Part shown: piece by piece, positions 10,148-20,440 of the stretch
Numbering within the stretch: the first letter of the stretch is position 1
Layout of the letters: the number at the start of each line of letters is the position of its first letter
IMG/VR virus record: IMGVR_UViG_2802429321_000001
Span: 11,590-75,589 of that record
Length of the DNA stretch: 64,000 bases
Reading direction: 5' to 3' (one strand)
Source of the DNA: a virus
Lineage: Duplodnaviria; Caudoviricetes
Notes under the pieces: model-generated
What the model was told of the DNA's origin: nothing
The model's database searches: none
Seen by the model: the letters and a program-made list of their open reading frames with translations, nothing else
Position numbers and translations under genes: made by a program

Positions 10148-10467
10148 CAGGCCCGTCCCTCAAGGAAGTCCATCGTCTTCGCGAGGATCGCCTGCTTCTC
10201 GTTGTGCTTCGACCCGAACTCGATCCAGTACGCGGTAAAGTCCGTTGCTCGGATCCTGCCCACGACCCGTGTCTTCGACGTGTGCACCTCAGCGGTGATG
10301 GAGTCCCGGTACTGGCCGGGCGTCGAGTGCTTCGTCGTCCTCGTACCCACTGGAGCGATGGACTTGGCATGCTCGGCGCCCTTTTCCGCCAGCTCCTTCA
10401 GGTACGTCACGAGGCCCGGATGCATGAGGGCCTCGGCCAGGTTCAGGGTGTACGGGTCGTCTGCCAT
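10147..10467 (-). CDS. HK97 gp10-like neck protein
   Basis: Start re-called at MADDPY; APVGT...GQYRDSI...AYWIEFGS. Confidence 0.75.
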   Translation of the reverse strand: MADDPYTLNLAEALMHPGLVTYLKELAEKGAEHAKSIAPVGTRTTKHSTPGQYRDSITAEVHTSKTRVVGRIRATDFTAYWIEFGSKHNEKQAILAKTMDFLEGRA

Positions 10468-10808
10468 CAGCCGGTCACCCTTCTCGCCGTGAGGATCGTG
10501 TGGCTGACCCGGCCGAACGCGTCGACCCAGGTTTGTGGGGTGCCTTGGATCTCGTACTGCAACCCATCCCACGGGGTTTTGATCGCGTCGATGACCCGAG
10601 CACCAGTGCCGCCGGGGATCCACGCGTTCCACAGGTCCTCGGCGCGGTCCACGTCGTGCACCACGTCCTCATCAGCTGACGCCGGCTGCCACGAACACCC
10701 GGACACCGATGTCTCAACTTCGATGCGTGCGGGGACACCCATGTTGTCCTTGGCGCCATCAGAGCGGGACACGAGGATCAGGGTTTGCTGGCCGAGAGGG
10801 ACGGTCAC
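10467..10808 (-). CDS. Head closure / head-tail stopper
   Basis: VSGCSWQPAS...YEIQGTPQTW pattern; synteny. Confidence 0.75.
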   Translation of the reverse strand: MTVPLGQQTLILVSRSDGAKDNMGVPARIEVETSVSGCSWQPASADEDVVHDVDRAEDLWNAWIPGGTGARVIDAIKTPWDGLQYEIQGTPQTWVDAFGRVSHTILTARRVTG

Positions 10809-10817
10809 GGAACCCTC

Positions 10818-11393
10818 CTACGCCCAGCCGTACATCGTGTACCTGCCGAGGGTTTTCTGTTCTGTGTCCCACAGGTCACAGGACTTGGCGACCCCGCCGT
10901 ACACGACCTGCACCTCGCCTGTGCGCTGCGACTGAATCTTGTACGGATTCACCAGCAACCGCGCCGCCAGCGCCGTGCACACAGCCTTGATGCCCGCAGG
11001 GATCGTCGCGTAGCCGTGCGTGTAGGTGACCTGGATCGTGTCCAGATCACGAGGCCACTGCGACAAGTCAAACCCTCCACCAGGGATCAGGTAGAGGGTC
11101 CCGTTCGGCTTGACCCGGTACTGGCTCGACGGGATCGTGTTCCAGCCTGTCCCGCCGCGGTCATCGAGCCACTGCATCTGCGCCACAGAGGTCACCGGCA
11201 GCTCGGGAAGCATCACTGCGAAGCCCGGTAGGGGGTCGAGGGTGACGACGTCGTTCACGACCTGGCTCAACACCTGGCCCGTCGAGTCCTGGATCAGGGC
11301 CGTAGCGTTGTCCAGGGCCTCCTGGGCCTGAGCCGTGACCAGCGTCTGCTGAGTGAAGTTCTCCAGATCAGACACAGACGCAAACGATGTCAC
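10818..11393 (-). CDS. Head-tail adaptor
   Basis: FASVSDL...ALDNATALI...VTYTHGYATIPAGIKAV. Confidence 0.8.
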   Translation of the reverse strand: MTSFASVSDLENFTQQTLVTAQAQEALDNATALIQDSTGQVLSQVVNDVVTLDPLPGFAVMLPELPVTSVAQMQWLDDRGGTGWNTIPSSQYRVKPNGTLYLIPGGGFDLSQWPRDLDTIQVTYTHGYATIPAGIKAVCTALAARLLVNPYKIQSQRTGEVQVVYGGVAKSCDLWDTEQKTLGRYTMYGWA

Positions 11394-11404
11394 CCCCGGC
11401 CTCC

Positions 11405-11602
11405 CTACTTCGTTTCAGCGACTCGGGACGACTTGCGGGGCTTCGGCTTCCCCACAGGCGTGACGACCTTCGTGGTCGGCTCCTCCGGCTGGGATTCGCC
11501 GTCCACGTTCTCGTCGAGCGCCGGGTCACGGGACCCATCATCAGGCGGGTAGTGCCCGTACACCTGAAAGTAGGTGTAGCGGTCGCAGTACTCGGTTGGC
11601 AT
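11405..11602 (-). CDS. Small hypothetical head-region protein
   Basis: 65 aa with RBS; acidic then basic tail. Confidence 0.6.
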   Translation of the reverse strand: MPTEYCDRYTYFQVYGHYPPDDGSRDPALDENVDGESQPEEPTTKVVTPVGKPKPRKSSRVAETK

Positions 11603-11605
11603 GTT

Positions 11606-12034
11606 TCACCTTCCCCAGAGGGAGAACGAGACCCCCGTGAACGACGGGGTGGTGCCGGTGAGGCCCCAACGAATCCGGCCCAGCGCGGTGAGCTGGTAGC
11701 CGTTGGAGATGTTGCCCCACACCGTCCCCGACGTGGTCAGGACAGCACCGCTGATCGCGGTCGGGTTCGACACCAGCACCCAGTTCCCGTTGCCGTCTCG
11801 GACGTCGAAGAACACCGCGAGGCCAGGGGTTGTCCCAGTCGGCGCGTTGGCGACGTTGACGACAAGGAGACCGTTCGACACCTGCGAAATATCGATCGGT
11901 CCCGCCACGCCAGTCACCAGGTTCACCGTGCCCGCGGTCACCGTGTCCGAACCCGCCCCCGTCAGCGTCAACCCCGACGCCCGGAACAGTTCAGCGGTGA
12001 CCGAGGAACTAGCGCCCTCGTTGATCGGGCTCAT
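11606..12034 (-). CDS. Beta-rich virion protein, possible capsid decoration
   Basis: Start re-called at MSPINEG; G/T/V-rich; directly after capsid gene. Confidence 0.55.
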   Translation of the reverse strand: MSPINEGASSSVTAELFRASGLTLTGAGSDTVTAGTVNLVTGVAGPIDISQVSNGLLVVNVANAPTGTTPGLAVFFDVRDGNGNWVLVSNPTAISGAVLTTSGTVWGNISNGYQLTALGRIRWGLTGTTPSFTGVSFSLWGR

Positions 12035-12104
12035 CGCGACTCCTGTTCGAGAACCAGGGTGTGGTGCCCGGCATGGCGGTGCCGGGCACCACACCACGAG
12101 GGGA

Positions 12105-13505
12105 TCAGGAGGTCGAGGTCGCCAGCTTCACGAGCTCGAACGCCTGCGGCCTGTACACCGCCAGCGCCAGACGGCTCGTCGCACGGACCGACACCAGGCC
12201 CTGCTCGAAGTCGGTCCCGTTGGTGTTGACCATCTCCACGGTGATGCCCTTGCTGCGGAACAGCTGTGCGTTCTCCTTGAACGAGCCCACCAGGATGTAG
12301 CCCTGCGGGATCACCGGGGTCACCACAACCCGCTTTCCCCAGAGCGACTCGCCGGCGTTCTGCGGCTGCCCATAGTCCGCCCCGAAGAACGAACCGCCCA
12401 GGTACTGGTTCTGCGAGTCCTTGCCCAGCCGGATCGTCTGCCAGTCATACGGGTTCACCACGAAGGCGTCCGGCTCGCAGAACGCCGCGAACCGGATGTC
12501 CGTGAGGGCACCGAACAGACCATCAGCGATCTGCACCGCGGTCGCCGGAGTGTTCGGGGTACCCGCCTCACGACCCCACGTGATGGTGGAGACGGTGGCA
12601 CCGGTCTCGCCAGCACCCGGGGTGCCGCCAGCGGGGAACGTCAGGCCGCCAGTGATGGTGACACCACCAGCCGAGACACCGGGGGCGACAGTGAACCCGG
12701 AGGTGCGGGCCAGCAGGCCGTTCACGCCCGGGTAGCCGGAGCCGGCGAGGAGCTGCACCTCCTCCTGGCGCTGGACACCGAACACGAGCCGGTTGTTCAG
12801 GAACGACACGTACTGCGAAGCGTCCTGCAGCATCTCGTCGGTGATCTTGTGGACGTTGGTGACCTTGCCAACCTGCTCCTGAACGCGCGCGATGGCGTCC
12901 GTGGAGTACGGCATCGTCGCGCCTTCACCCGTGGCCGCACTGGAGTTCGTCCACGCAGTCTCCTTCAGGTAGGAGATCACCGGGCTGTCGGTGGCGCCCT
13001 GCGCGAACAGGTCAGCGATCGTCAGCGGAAAAAACCGCTGCTCCACGATGCCCGGCAGGAAGTTCGGCAGGATCGACGGGCCAGCAGTACCAGCCAGGAA
13101 GTAGCCCGACAGAGCCGAACCAGCGGACGTGCCGGACGTCGACTCACCCATCATGTTCGTCGCGCCCTGGGTCTTCAGACCCACCGTGGTCATCGCCGAG
13201 TAGCGGCCACCACGGGACGCCAGTGCCTTCTGGTAGGCCGGGTCGTTCACGACCTGCTCGCCGAGCGAACGCCGCTCGATGGCAGCACCCTGGTTCTCGG
13301 GCTCCTCGGCGGAGCCGGCGCCAGTCATCAGCGCGCGGGCCCGCTCCAGGTTCTTCAGCTCAGCGCCGATCCGCTCGGACTCGGCCTGCAGCTTGTCCAG
13401 CCGCTCACCCTTCTCGGCCGCGGTCAGGTCAGTACTGTCCATCACGGACTTGACCTCGACACCCAGCTGCCGGGCGGCAGTCTTCAACTCGACTTCGTTA
13501 GCCAT
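12105..13505 (-). CDS. Major capsid protein (HK97 fold)
   Basis: Start re-called at MANEVELK; coiled-coil delta domain; PDAFVVNPYDW, LWGKRVVVTP, GLVSVRATSRLALAVYRPQAF. Confidence 0.92.
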   Translation of the reverse strand: MANEVELKTAARQLGVEVKSVMDSTDLTAAEKGERLDKLQAESERIGAELKNLERARALMTGAGSAEEPENQGAAIERRSLGEQVVNDPAYQKALASRGGRYSAMTTVGLKTQGATNMMGESTSGTSAGSALSGYFLAGTAGPSILPNFLPGIVEQRFFPLTIADLFAQGATDSPVISYLKETAWTNSSAATGEGATMPYSTDAIARVQEQVGKVTNVHKITDEMLQDASQYVSFLNNRLVFGVQRQEEVQLLAGSGYPGVNGLLARTSGFTVAPGVSAGGVTITGGLTFPAGGTPGAGETGATVSTITWGREAGTPNTPATAVQIADGLFGALTDIRFAAFCEPDAFVVNPYDWQTIRLGKDSQNQYLGGSFFGADYGQPQNAGESLWGKRVVVTPVIPQGYILVGSFKENAQLFRSKGITVEMVNTNGTDFEQGLVSVRATSRLALAVYRPQAFELVKLATSTS

Positions 13506-13585
13506 TACAGCCATCCCTTTCGCGTGTTGTTGAGGTGCCCGGCCAGAGCTGGCGGCGAAAGGGACGTCGCCGGACACCCGATGAG

Positions 13586-15121
13586 TCACTGCAGGGCGTG
13601 CGCCTGCACTTCGATCTGCAATGCACGAGCCCGGAGCGCGACCTCATCGGCGGACACGGCAGCGGCGGACTTGACGTCGGCGGCTGCGGGATCGGCGGAC
13701 TTGGCGTCGTCCTTGGGGCTATCCCCAGCCAGCTCCACGAGAGAGTCCGGCGGGTCTTCCTTCAACTGGCCGTACAAGGCGATCAGCGTCTTCGCCGCGG
13801 CCTTCTTCTCGTCGTCGGAGGCGTCTACACCCCCGCGACCACCCGCGAGTGCCGCCGCGGCGGCGTGAACCGCGTTGCGGTTCACGTCCCCGTTCGGCTC
13901 CTTCACGGGAAGCTTGTAGTCGGCCTTGTCCTCTGATGCCTCAGAAGGGCCGATCAGGCACGAGGCCCGGTACTGCTCGAGCGTGAACCGAGACGCGGAC
14001 CCATCCCAGTCCTCATCGGAGATCGCCTTGGCGCCCACAGACTTGCCTGTGGCCTGCTCCTGGGTCTGCTCGTCAGGCTCACCAGTGCCCTCAGGGACCA
14101 CGCTGGTGACGATCGTGACGTCCGTGACCTGGTCACCGAGCACGACCTGGTTGCCGTCGTCGGTGAACGTCCGCGACAGGGAGTCCCCGTTGAGGCAGTA
14201 CACGATGGTCCCGGACTGGGCGTCCTCGTCGAGGAACGTGGCCTGCAGATAGGTCCAGTTGTCGCCATCCTCCTCGCTGTAGATGTCCGCGAGGACATCG
14301 GAGATCCGGGCCTGAAGATCCTCCACGGAGTTCGACAGGGCCTTCGCAGCCCGCGCAGGCCTTTCCGGCTGGACCCCGGTCTTGGCCGTCTCGGCGGCCT
14401 GGCTCAGCTCGGCAAGGGCAGCGCCAGACAGTGCACCGGCCACCGCGAGCCTCCTGGTCGCAGTGGGCATAGCGAACTTGTCCAAGTCCTGACCGGGGGG
14501 CACGTTGATGACGACAGCGGACTTGTTCGCGCCGTCCATCGCGCCCGTGTCCGCGTTCACCGCGTCAGCACCAGAGCACGACGCCCCCAAGTCAGCTGCG
14601 GCATCGTGGATCGCCTGGATCTGCTTCGCGTCCCTCGCCGAGTTCCTGGCCCCAGCCTTCGCCGTCACATCCAGTCCCTTGCTCTCGAGCACGACCGTGT
14701 CCCGGTTCGACGGGATCGCGACGAACGCGCCGTTCAGCAACTCCCGCTTGACGACGGTCTTCCCGTCCTTCTGCTCCTTGCGGGTCATGAACGTCACCGA
14801 CGTGTTCCGCACATGCCGCTCGTTCACCAGCGTCCGCACGTCCTGGGCCAGCCTCAGGCTCGAGTACGTGCCCCGAACATGCAGGTTCCCGTCATCCTCG
14901 ATCGTCGGAACACCACTGCCGATGGTCTTCTCCACCGTCATCGCGTGATCGATGTCGAAGTTGATCCAGTCCGGCAGGTCATCCCACTCGTCGTGACGCA
15001 GTACCTCCCCGTCCCGGTCCTTGCTCTGCGCCGAGAGGATGACGTGGAACGAGCCGTTGGGCTGCTCGGCATCGTCATCACCAGGCTCGATGGACGCGAC
15101 GGCCTTGGTCATGATGTTCAT
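13586..15121 (-). CDS. HK97-family prohead protease with long C-terminal extension
   Basis: FHVILSAQSKDRDGEV, FDIDH, SVTF, ELLNGAFVAIPSN. Confidence 0.85.
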   Translation of the reverse strand: MNIMTKAVASIEPGDDDAEQPNGSFHVILSAQSKDRDGEVLRHDEWDDLPDWINFDIDHAMTVEKTIGSGVPTIEDDGNLHVRGTYSSLRLAQDVRTLVNERHVRNTSVTFMTRKEQKDGKTVVKRELLNGAFVAIPSNRDTVVLESKGLDVTAKAGARNSARDAKQIQAIHDAAADLGASCSGADAVNADTGAMDGANKSAVVINVPPGQDLDKFAMPTATRRLAVAGALSGAALAELSQAAETAKTGVQPERPARAAKALSNSVEDLQARISDVLADIYSEEDGDNWTYLQATFLDEDAQSGTIVYCLNGDSLSRTFTDDGNQVVLGDQVTDVTIVTSVVPEGTGEPDEQTQEQATGKSVGAKAISDEDWDGSASRFTLEQYRASCLIGPSEASEDKADYKLPVKEPNGDVNRNAVHAAAAALAGGRGGVDASDDEKKAAAKTLIALYGQLKEDPPDSLVELAGDSPKDDAKSADPAAADVKSAAAVSADEVALRARALQIEVQAHALQ

Positions 15122-16665
15122 TGGGTCTTCCTCTCGGCGAGCGCCAAGTCATCAAGGACCGCGGCACGCTCACTTTCATCGACCGAATCGAGTAGTTCCC
15201 TGGACACATCCGCGAGAGCCTTACCCCGCCCCAAGCGGCCCATGATCGAGCGGTAGTACTTGCCCGGCCTCTGCTCCGGTGGAGGAGCAGCCGGCGCGGG
15301 GGGAGTGGGCGGCTTCTCCGCGCCAGCCGGTTCAACCGGCGCCCGCTCAGGCGGATCCTGCGCATCCTCATAGGTCTGCGGCACCAACTCGGCGCCCGGC
15401 CCCGACACCGCGATGTACTCCCGGATCGTCCCCAGCGGCTGCATCGCCGAGTTGGCGTACAACCGGTTCGTCACGGCACCCGCGTCGTTCAGGTCGAACC
15501 ACGGCCGCACCTCAGCCGGTTTCGCGATACCGTTCGTCACCAAGCTCACGGCTGTCTCCGCGCGGGTCTCGATGTTGCCGCGCAGCACCTCGTCCACCGC
15601 GAACCGGGCGAACAGGTTCCCGATGAACTCCGGCTTCAGTGAGGAGTCCAGCAGCGACTCCAGGTCCTCGATGACCGGCGCCATCGAATCCCGGTAGAAC
15701 GAACGCATCTGCTCGGTGATGTTGCTGAACGTCGCGTTGTCCGTGATCTGCAGGACCGGGGGCGGCATGTCGAACACGCCCGCGACCTCTTCACGGTTGA
15801 GGCGTCGAGACTCGATGTACGCCATATCTTCGGCGTCGAGCTGGATCGGCATCGCCGTCATCCCGGATGGCAGGACGATCGTCGACCCCGCGTTGTCGCT
15901 GCCCGAGTGGATCGCATCGAACTCGGCCTTGATCCTCTTGCCGATCTCCGGCTTCACAGCCTTGTCGATCGACAGAGCCAGACTCGGGCGGCCCATGTTC
16001 CGCCACCACGCCGCCATCGCACGACGTGACGAGTCCTCGTTCATGATCGTCGACCGCAGCGGCTCCAGCAGAGACCAACCGCGCATCTCCGTGTCCGGGT
16101 TGAACCGCAGCCACGCCACGACATCCGTCGCCGGCGCCTTCAAGTACCCGTACGTCGCGGTACCCAACGTGAAGATGTACTGAAGGTCCCCGGCCTTCGC
16201 ACCATCCCACTCGCCATCCTGCGCGGCGCGCTTGATGAACGTTCGCGACGGATGCATCGGAAGCAGGTACTTCACCAGGCCCGTGTCAGGGTCCCGGAGC
16301 TTGTACAGGAAGGCCTCACCGTAGATGTCGTACGTCGACACCACCCAACGCCAGAACGCATACTGCGACAGCCACCAGCACGGCTGACGCAGCAACTGCG
16401 CGTACTCCGACGTCGTGTCCAGGTTCTGGCCCGTGTTCGGCGAGTTGTCCCACACGTTCAACGACAGGCGCGCAACCGCATTCGCCCGCTTGTTCACCGC
16501 CGCCGCGACCCACGGCTGGCTCTTGTAGATCTCCGCGTAGTAGGCGAACCGCTTCTCCAGCCACATCCCGTCGTGGGCATAGAAGTAGCCCGTCGCCATC
16601 ACAGGCGTCGTCTCACCCAACGCCTGCGGCGCGAGAGGCACCACCTGGCCGTTGTTCAGCAGCAC
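15118..16665 (-). CDS. Portal protein (HK97 family)
   Basis: Start re-called at GTG 16665; YGEAF, LLPMHPSR, GWSLLEPLR, YIESRRLNREEVAGVFDMPP. Confidence 0.92.
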   Translation of the reverse strand: MLLNNGQVVPLAPQALGETTPVMATGYFYAHDGMWLEKRFAYYAEIYKSQPWVAAAVNKRANAVARLSLNVWDNSPNTGQNLDTTSEYAQLLRQPCWWLSQYAFWRWVVSTYDIYGEAFLYKLRDPDTGLVKYLLPMHPSRTFIKRAAQDGEWDGAKAGDLQYIFTLGTATYGYLKAPATDVVAWLRFNPDTEMRGWSLLEPLRSTIMNEDSSRRAMAAWWRNMGRPSLALSIDKAVKPEIGKRIKAEFDAIHSGSDNAGSTIVLPSGMTAMPIQLDAEDMAYIESRRLNREEVAGVFDMPPPVLQITDNATFSNITEQMRSFYRDSMAPVIEDLESLLDSSLKPEFIGNLFARFAVDEVLRGNIETRAETAVSLVTNGIAKPAEVRPWFDLNDAGAVTNRLYANSAMQPLGTIREYIAVSGPGAELVPQTYEDAQDPPERAPVEPAGAEKPPTPPAPAAPPPEQRPGKYYRSIMGRLGRGKALADVSRELLDSVDESERAAVLDDLALAERKTQ

Positions 16666-16669
16666 AACC

Positions 16670-16915
16670 TCACCCCACGTTCGGCACAGTGCGCTGCAGG
16701 TACGCCACATTGCGACGCGCGATGTACAACTCGCCCCGCGCTGGACGCTCCACACCGTCAGACAGGACAGCCACATCCGTGAAATGCATCGACGTCCGAT
16801 CGGCGTCAACAAGGACAGCGGTGAACGTCGGCCCGGAAACCGGGGTCACCACGAACCGCTCCCTCACGACCTGCTTCACCAGACGGTCACGCCCGAACAC
16901 CGCGGCTCCCTCCAC
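16670..16915 (-). CDS. Small protein between terminase and portal
   Basis: TFTAVLVDAD...GELYIARRNVAYLQ; usual actinophage position. Confidence 0.65.
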   Translation of the reverse strand: MEGAAVFGRDRLVKQVVRERFVVTPVSGPTFTAVLVDADRTSMHFTDVAVLSDGVERPARGELYIARRNVAYLQRTVPNVG

Positions 16916-16951
16916 ACATCGACGGTCGCCAGCAGGTCAGGAGCCAAACGT

Positions 16952-18670
16952 TCAGTTGTAGACAGCGAACCCGTCGTACTCGAACTCGTCGCCGACCGTG
17001 TCACCGCGAGACATCAACGCGTTCGCCGCCATCGCCGCCGCCGGCACCGCATCGATGCGCTTCGCTGACGCGCCACGATCCGGCTTGTCCGGGCGGATCA
17101 ACGCCGGGTCGTACGGGGCCTTCCGCACCTCAACCGAGTCGAAACACCAGCGGGCCACAGGGTTCCCGTGATGCCGGAACCGCTCGTCCTTCACCCAGCC
17201 CATCACCATGTCCATGCCCGGCGACATGTGCGTGTACGTGTTCGTGTACACCACGATGCTGCCCTCATCCGGATCCAGGTTCGTCCGGACCGACAACTCC
17301 TGCACCACCGGCATCGACGACCACTGGTCACCGTCAGCCCCGAGGATGTCGAACAGCGCAGCGTCATCCTCGACATCGGAGTAGATCCGCTGATAGTCAA
17401 CGACGTTCCCGTCAGTGACCGTCACCCAGCCGTCACGGACCCACCGCGACATCTGGCCATCCGTGTGCTTGTCCAAGAGTGGCAACGCCGCCTCCGGCAG
17501 CCAGAACCGCCACAGCACGTCCACCCCACCATCCCCATCCGGGAACAGCAGGCACCACGCTGTGAGGTCGAACTTCGCGGCCAAGTCGAACCCGACCCAG
17601 CACTCCCGGCCCGCCAAAAACTCACGCCCATGCTCCAGCGACGGCCACAGCTCGCCAGCCGACGCGTCATACAGGTGCATCGGCATCCACCGCGACGCCT
17701 GACCCACCCACTGGTTCAGACGGAACTGCCGGAAGCTGTTCTCCTGCGCCGGGTTGTTCCGAGCCTCCTGCGCCTCCTGCCGCATCGCCTCGATGCTGAG
17801 GAAGTCACCCAGCGCCGGGTTCGCGAACGGCCACGTCGACTCATCAAACGGGTCCGCATCCTGCGGCGTGTTCCGCAAATACACGAACACGTGCGCCGCC
17901 CGCCCCGGATCCTCCGCAACACGCTGCATCTCCGCGTGCATCTGCCCCGCAAACCCAGCCGTGTCACTACCCGCCGTCGTCGCCGCGATCATCAACGGCT
18001 GCCGGCGAGCACCCGAACCCATGCCGGTGCGCATCGCATCCCACATCGCCCGATCACGCCACGCCAAGATCTCGTCCGCGGCCACACCCGACGGGTTCGA
18101 ACCCAACGCGCCCGCGGCATCAGCGGCGATCACCGCGTACACGCTCGCCGTCTTCGGGTCGATGATCCGCTTGTTGTGGTCCTTCACCTGCAGGCGCTTC
18201 GACAAGATCGGCGACAGCTGCACCATGCGCTTCGCCACGTCGAACACCAGCGCCGCCTGATCCCGGTCCCTGCCGACACCGAACAGCTCCGCCGACTCCT
18301 CACCATCAGCGACCAGCAGGTACAGCATGATCGCCGCGAGTAGTTCGCTCTTGCCGTTCTTGCGCGCCAGCTCGATCCACGCGATCCGATACCGGCGGAC
18401 ATACGACTCCTGCTCGCCAGACCACACAACCTGGCCGAACAGTGGACGCACGATGTCGTCCCGCTGCCAGTCACACAAGATGAACGGCGTGCGGGCGTAC
18501 CTGCCTTTCGTGTGCAGGCAGATCTCCTCGATAAACGCCTGCGCGTGATCAGCCCGCGGCTCACAAAAATGCTCCCCACGCCGCCGGCAAGTCACCCCAT
18601 CCAGCGTGTAGCCACACGCTGGCGGCAACCCGCTAGCTGAGGAGCCGCTCGGCGCCCGACGCCCGCTCAT
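16952..18670 (-). CDS. terL: Terminase large subunit
   Basis: Walker A ARKNGKS, ADE Walker B, ATTAG, C-terminal nuclease with RIDAVPAA. Confidence 0.95.
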   Translation of the reverse strand: MSGRRAPSGSSASGLPPACGYTLDGVTCRRRGEHFCEPRADHAQAFIEEICLHTKGRYARTPFILCDWQRDDIVRPLFGQVVWSGEQESYVRRYRIAWIELARKNGKSELLAAIMLYLLVADGEESAELFGVGRDRDQAALVFDVAKRMVQLSPILSKRLQVKDHNKRIIDPKTASVYAVIAADAAGALGSNPSGVAADEILAWRDRAMWDAMRTGMGSGARRQPLMIAATTAGSDTAGFAGQMHAEMQRVAEDPGRAAHVFVYLRNTPQDADPFDESTWPFANPALGDFLSIEAMRQEAQEARNNPAQENSFRQFRLNQWVGQASRWMPMHLYDASAGELWPSLEHGREFLAGRECWVGFDLAAKFDLTAWCLLFPDGDGGVDVLWRFWLPEAALPLLDKHTDGQMSRWVRDGWVTVTDGNVVDYQRIYSDVEDDAALFDILGADGDQWSSMPVVQELSVRTNLDPDEGSIVVYTNTYTHMSPGMDMVMGWVKDERFRHHGNPVARWCFDSVEVRKAPYDPALIRPDKPDRGASAKRIDAVPAAAMAANALMSRGDTVGDEFEYDGFAVYN

Positions 18671-19091
18671 CGCCGCCGCCAATCGACAACTGAGCCCGAT
18701 CGCTCGGAGTCAGCCCGAACCGGCCGCCCAGCTTCACCATCGCGTCGATGCTGTCCCGCATGATCTGCCAGTACGGAGACTTGATCTCCCCGCCCGCAGC
18801 GCCCCGTCCAGTCAGGCCGTAGGTAGTGAGGTGCTCCGACGCCTCCCGGAACGTGCCTGCCGCCACACAGTAGGCAGTGAACGCGTGCACATCCCACGCC
18901 GTCAGAACATGCTTGACAATCAAGTCCGGCGCCAACAGGTCCCACGCTGCCCGCGCGTACTCCGTCAACTCCTGCGTCGGCTCGATCCGCTCCTCCGCAG
19001 GCTGCGGCTCAGCAGTGTTGATCCGGTACGGCCGCTCCCCGTGCAGGACCCGGAGAGCATTCGGCTTAGGCGCAGGACCCCGCTTCCCCAT
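18633..19091 (-). CDS. terS: Terminase small subunit (P27 family)
   Basis: MGKRGPAPKPNALRVLHG...KSPYWQI...FGLTPSDR. Confidence 0.9.
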   Translation of the reverse strand: MGKRGPAPKPNALRVLHGERPYRINTAEPQPAEERIEPTQELTEYARAAWDLLAPDLIVKHVLTAWDVHAFTAYCVAAGTFREASEHLTTYGLTGRGAAGGEIKSPYWQIMRDSIDAMVKLGGRFGLTPSDRAQLSIGGGDERASGAERLLS

Positions 19092-19875
19092 GGAACGACC
19101 TCCGCTTGTCCTGTGCCCGCACGTTGCACCCGAGGTGAGCGGCCTGCACGTTCTCGTAGGTGTGGCTCCCGCCGCGAGACAGCGGCACGATGTGGTCGAG
19201 GCTTGGTGAACCAGGGTTGGGCCACGACAGCGTGTAGTCGATGTGCTCGTTGCACAAACCGCACACCCAGCGGTCCCGAACAAAGACCTTCAGCCGGTCA
19301 ACCCGCTCCACTGCAGTCTCGGCGCAGCGGATGCGGCGAGTGTGGTTCTTCGCCGCGTCACGCTCCGCCTTCTTCGCCCGCAACGCCAGCGCGGAGCACT
19401 CAGGCGAGCAGTACGCCTTGCACCTGGACGACGGGAACTCCGTGCCGCAGATACCGCACGGCATGAACGTGCCAGCCGCCCGCCTGACCCCTCGACGCAG
19501 CCGGGCGTAGTTCAACGCACACTCGTCAGAGCAGTACCGGCGCTTGCGGCCCACGAAGGTGTAGCAGCTACCGCACATTCCGCATGTGGACGTGCGCTCC
19601 ACGCTGGTAGGTAAAACCTGCCGGGCCTTCTGGACTGGGTAGTGCGCCCGCTTCCGACACTGAGCCGAGCAGTACATGTTGGGTCGACCAGTTGCTTGGC
19701 GACGTTCATACGGTTCCAGGCAGAAGGTGCACTGTGCGACGTCGCCTACCTCGTGCTTGCGCTTGGGTGTGGACGGTCGACACGACGGCGAACAGTAGAC
19801 AGCCCCTCGGCCCTTGCCTTCCCCCTTGACTGGCAACGGGTTCTCGCACCCGACCACCCCACAAACGCCGCTCAT
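19066..19875 (-). CDS. HNH endonuclease with four N-terminal YCSxxC zinc motifs
   Basis: RDRWVCGLC...SLDHIVPLSRGGSHTYENVQAAHLGCN; start re-called at MSGVCG. Confidence 0.88.
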   Translation of the reverse strand: MSGVCGVVGCENPLPVKGEGKGRGAVYCSPSCRPSTPKRKHEVGDVAQCTFCLEPYERRQATGRPNMYCSAQCRKRAHYPVQKARQVLPTSVERTSTCGMCGSCYTFVGRKRRYCSDECALNYARLRRGVRRAAGTFMPCGICGTEFPSSRCKAYCSPECSALALRAKKAERDAAKNHTRRIRCAETAVERVDRLKVFVRDRWVCGLCNEHIDYTLSWPNPGSPSLDHIVPLSRGGSHTYENVQAAHLGCNVRAQDKRRSFHGEAGSCA

Positions 19876-19879
19876 CAGC

Positions 19880-20170
19880 CCATTTTCCCTGCCCTGGGAC
19901 CTATTTTTTAGTTTCGGCGCGGGTGATTCTGGGGCCAACATCCTTGGATACCCTTGCAGCCATAAGGCAGCCCAACATGGCGGTGCGTAGCCCATTTGGA
20001 GTAGAGATTTCTCGGTACCCTATGGGGTCTATGTCCGATTCTGCATGTTCACCCGAATGGCGGGTTGCAAAAATATCGGAGCCGCGCTAAAGGGGGGGCC
20101 TGACCTCCCACCTGTGTCAACCACAGCCCTCAGGGGCCCCAGGGGAGGCCAGTGGCAGCCCCTAGACCAC
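19880..20170. other. Candidate cos / packaging-signal region
   Basis: Non-coding, upstream of terS, homopolymer tracts (G7, A/T5-6); exact end not determinable. Confidence 0.3.
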
Positions 20171-20440
20171 CAGGGCAGGCAGGCACTCAAGGCGCCCGAG
20201 GGGACGATGTGGCGCCCGACAGCGGGCATCCTGTCCAGTGCTCGCCCTGCCCTGCTGGTGTCCACCCCTGCGGGTGTAGTGCGGGGCGGGTGCTTGTGGT
20301 GCGCGTGCTGTCAGGACCGGGGTGTAGTGGTGTTGGTGTGGCGTGCGCCAGCCAGTGCGGGCGGGATGCGCCCAGTGGTGGCAGCGAGGATGGCGGCCTG
20401 TCGCTCCATCATGCTGACTGCAGGTTGCCTGCGGTAGCCA

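Noticed and set aside
11703-13868. 721-aa plus-strand ORF, and similar long antisense ORFs (2017-3000, 4762-5631, 17168-18343, 24819-26099, 36288-37490, 37717-38781)
   Set aside because: Shadow frames of real high-GC genes on the opposite strand; Arg/Pro/Gly-rich, no motifs or RBS.
17127-17152. Partial match of spacer 1 (GAGTCGAAAC core) to the terL gene
   Set aside because: Only 10 contiguous nt, about 14 of 24 overall, with mismatches in the 5' seed; compatible with chance.
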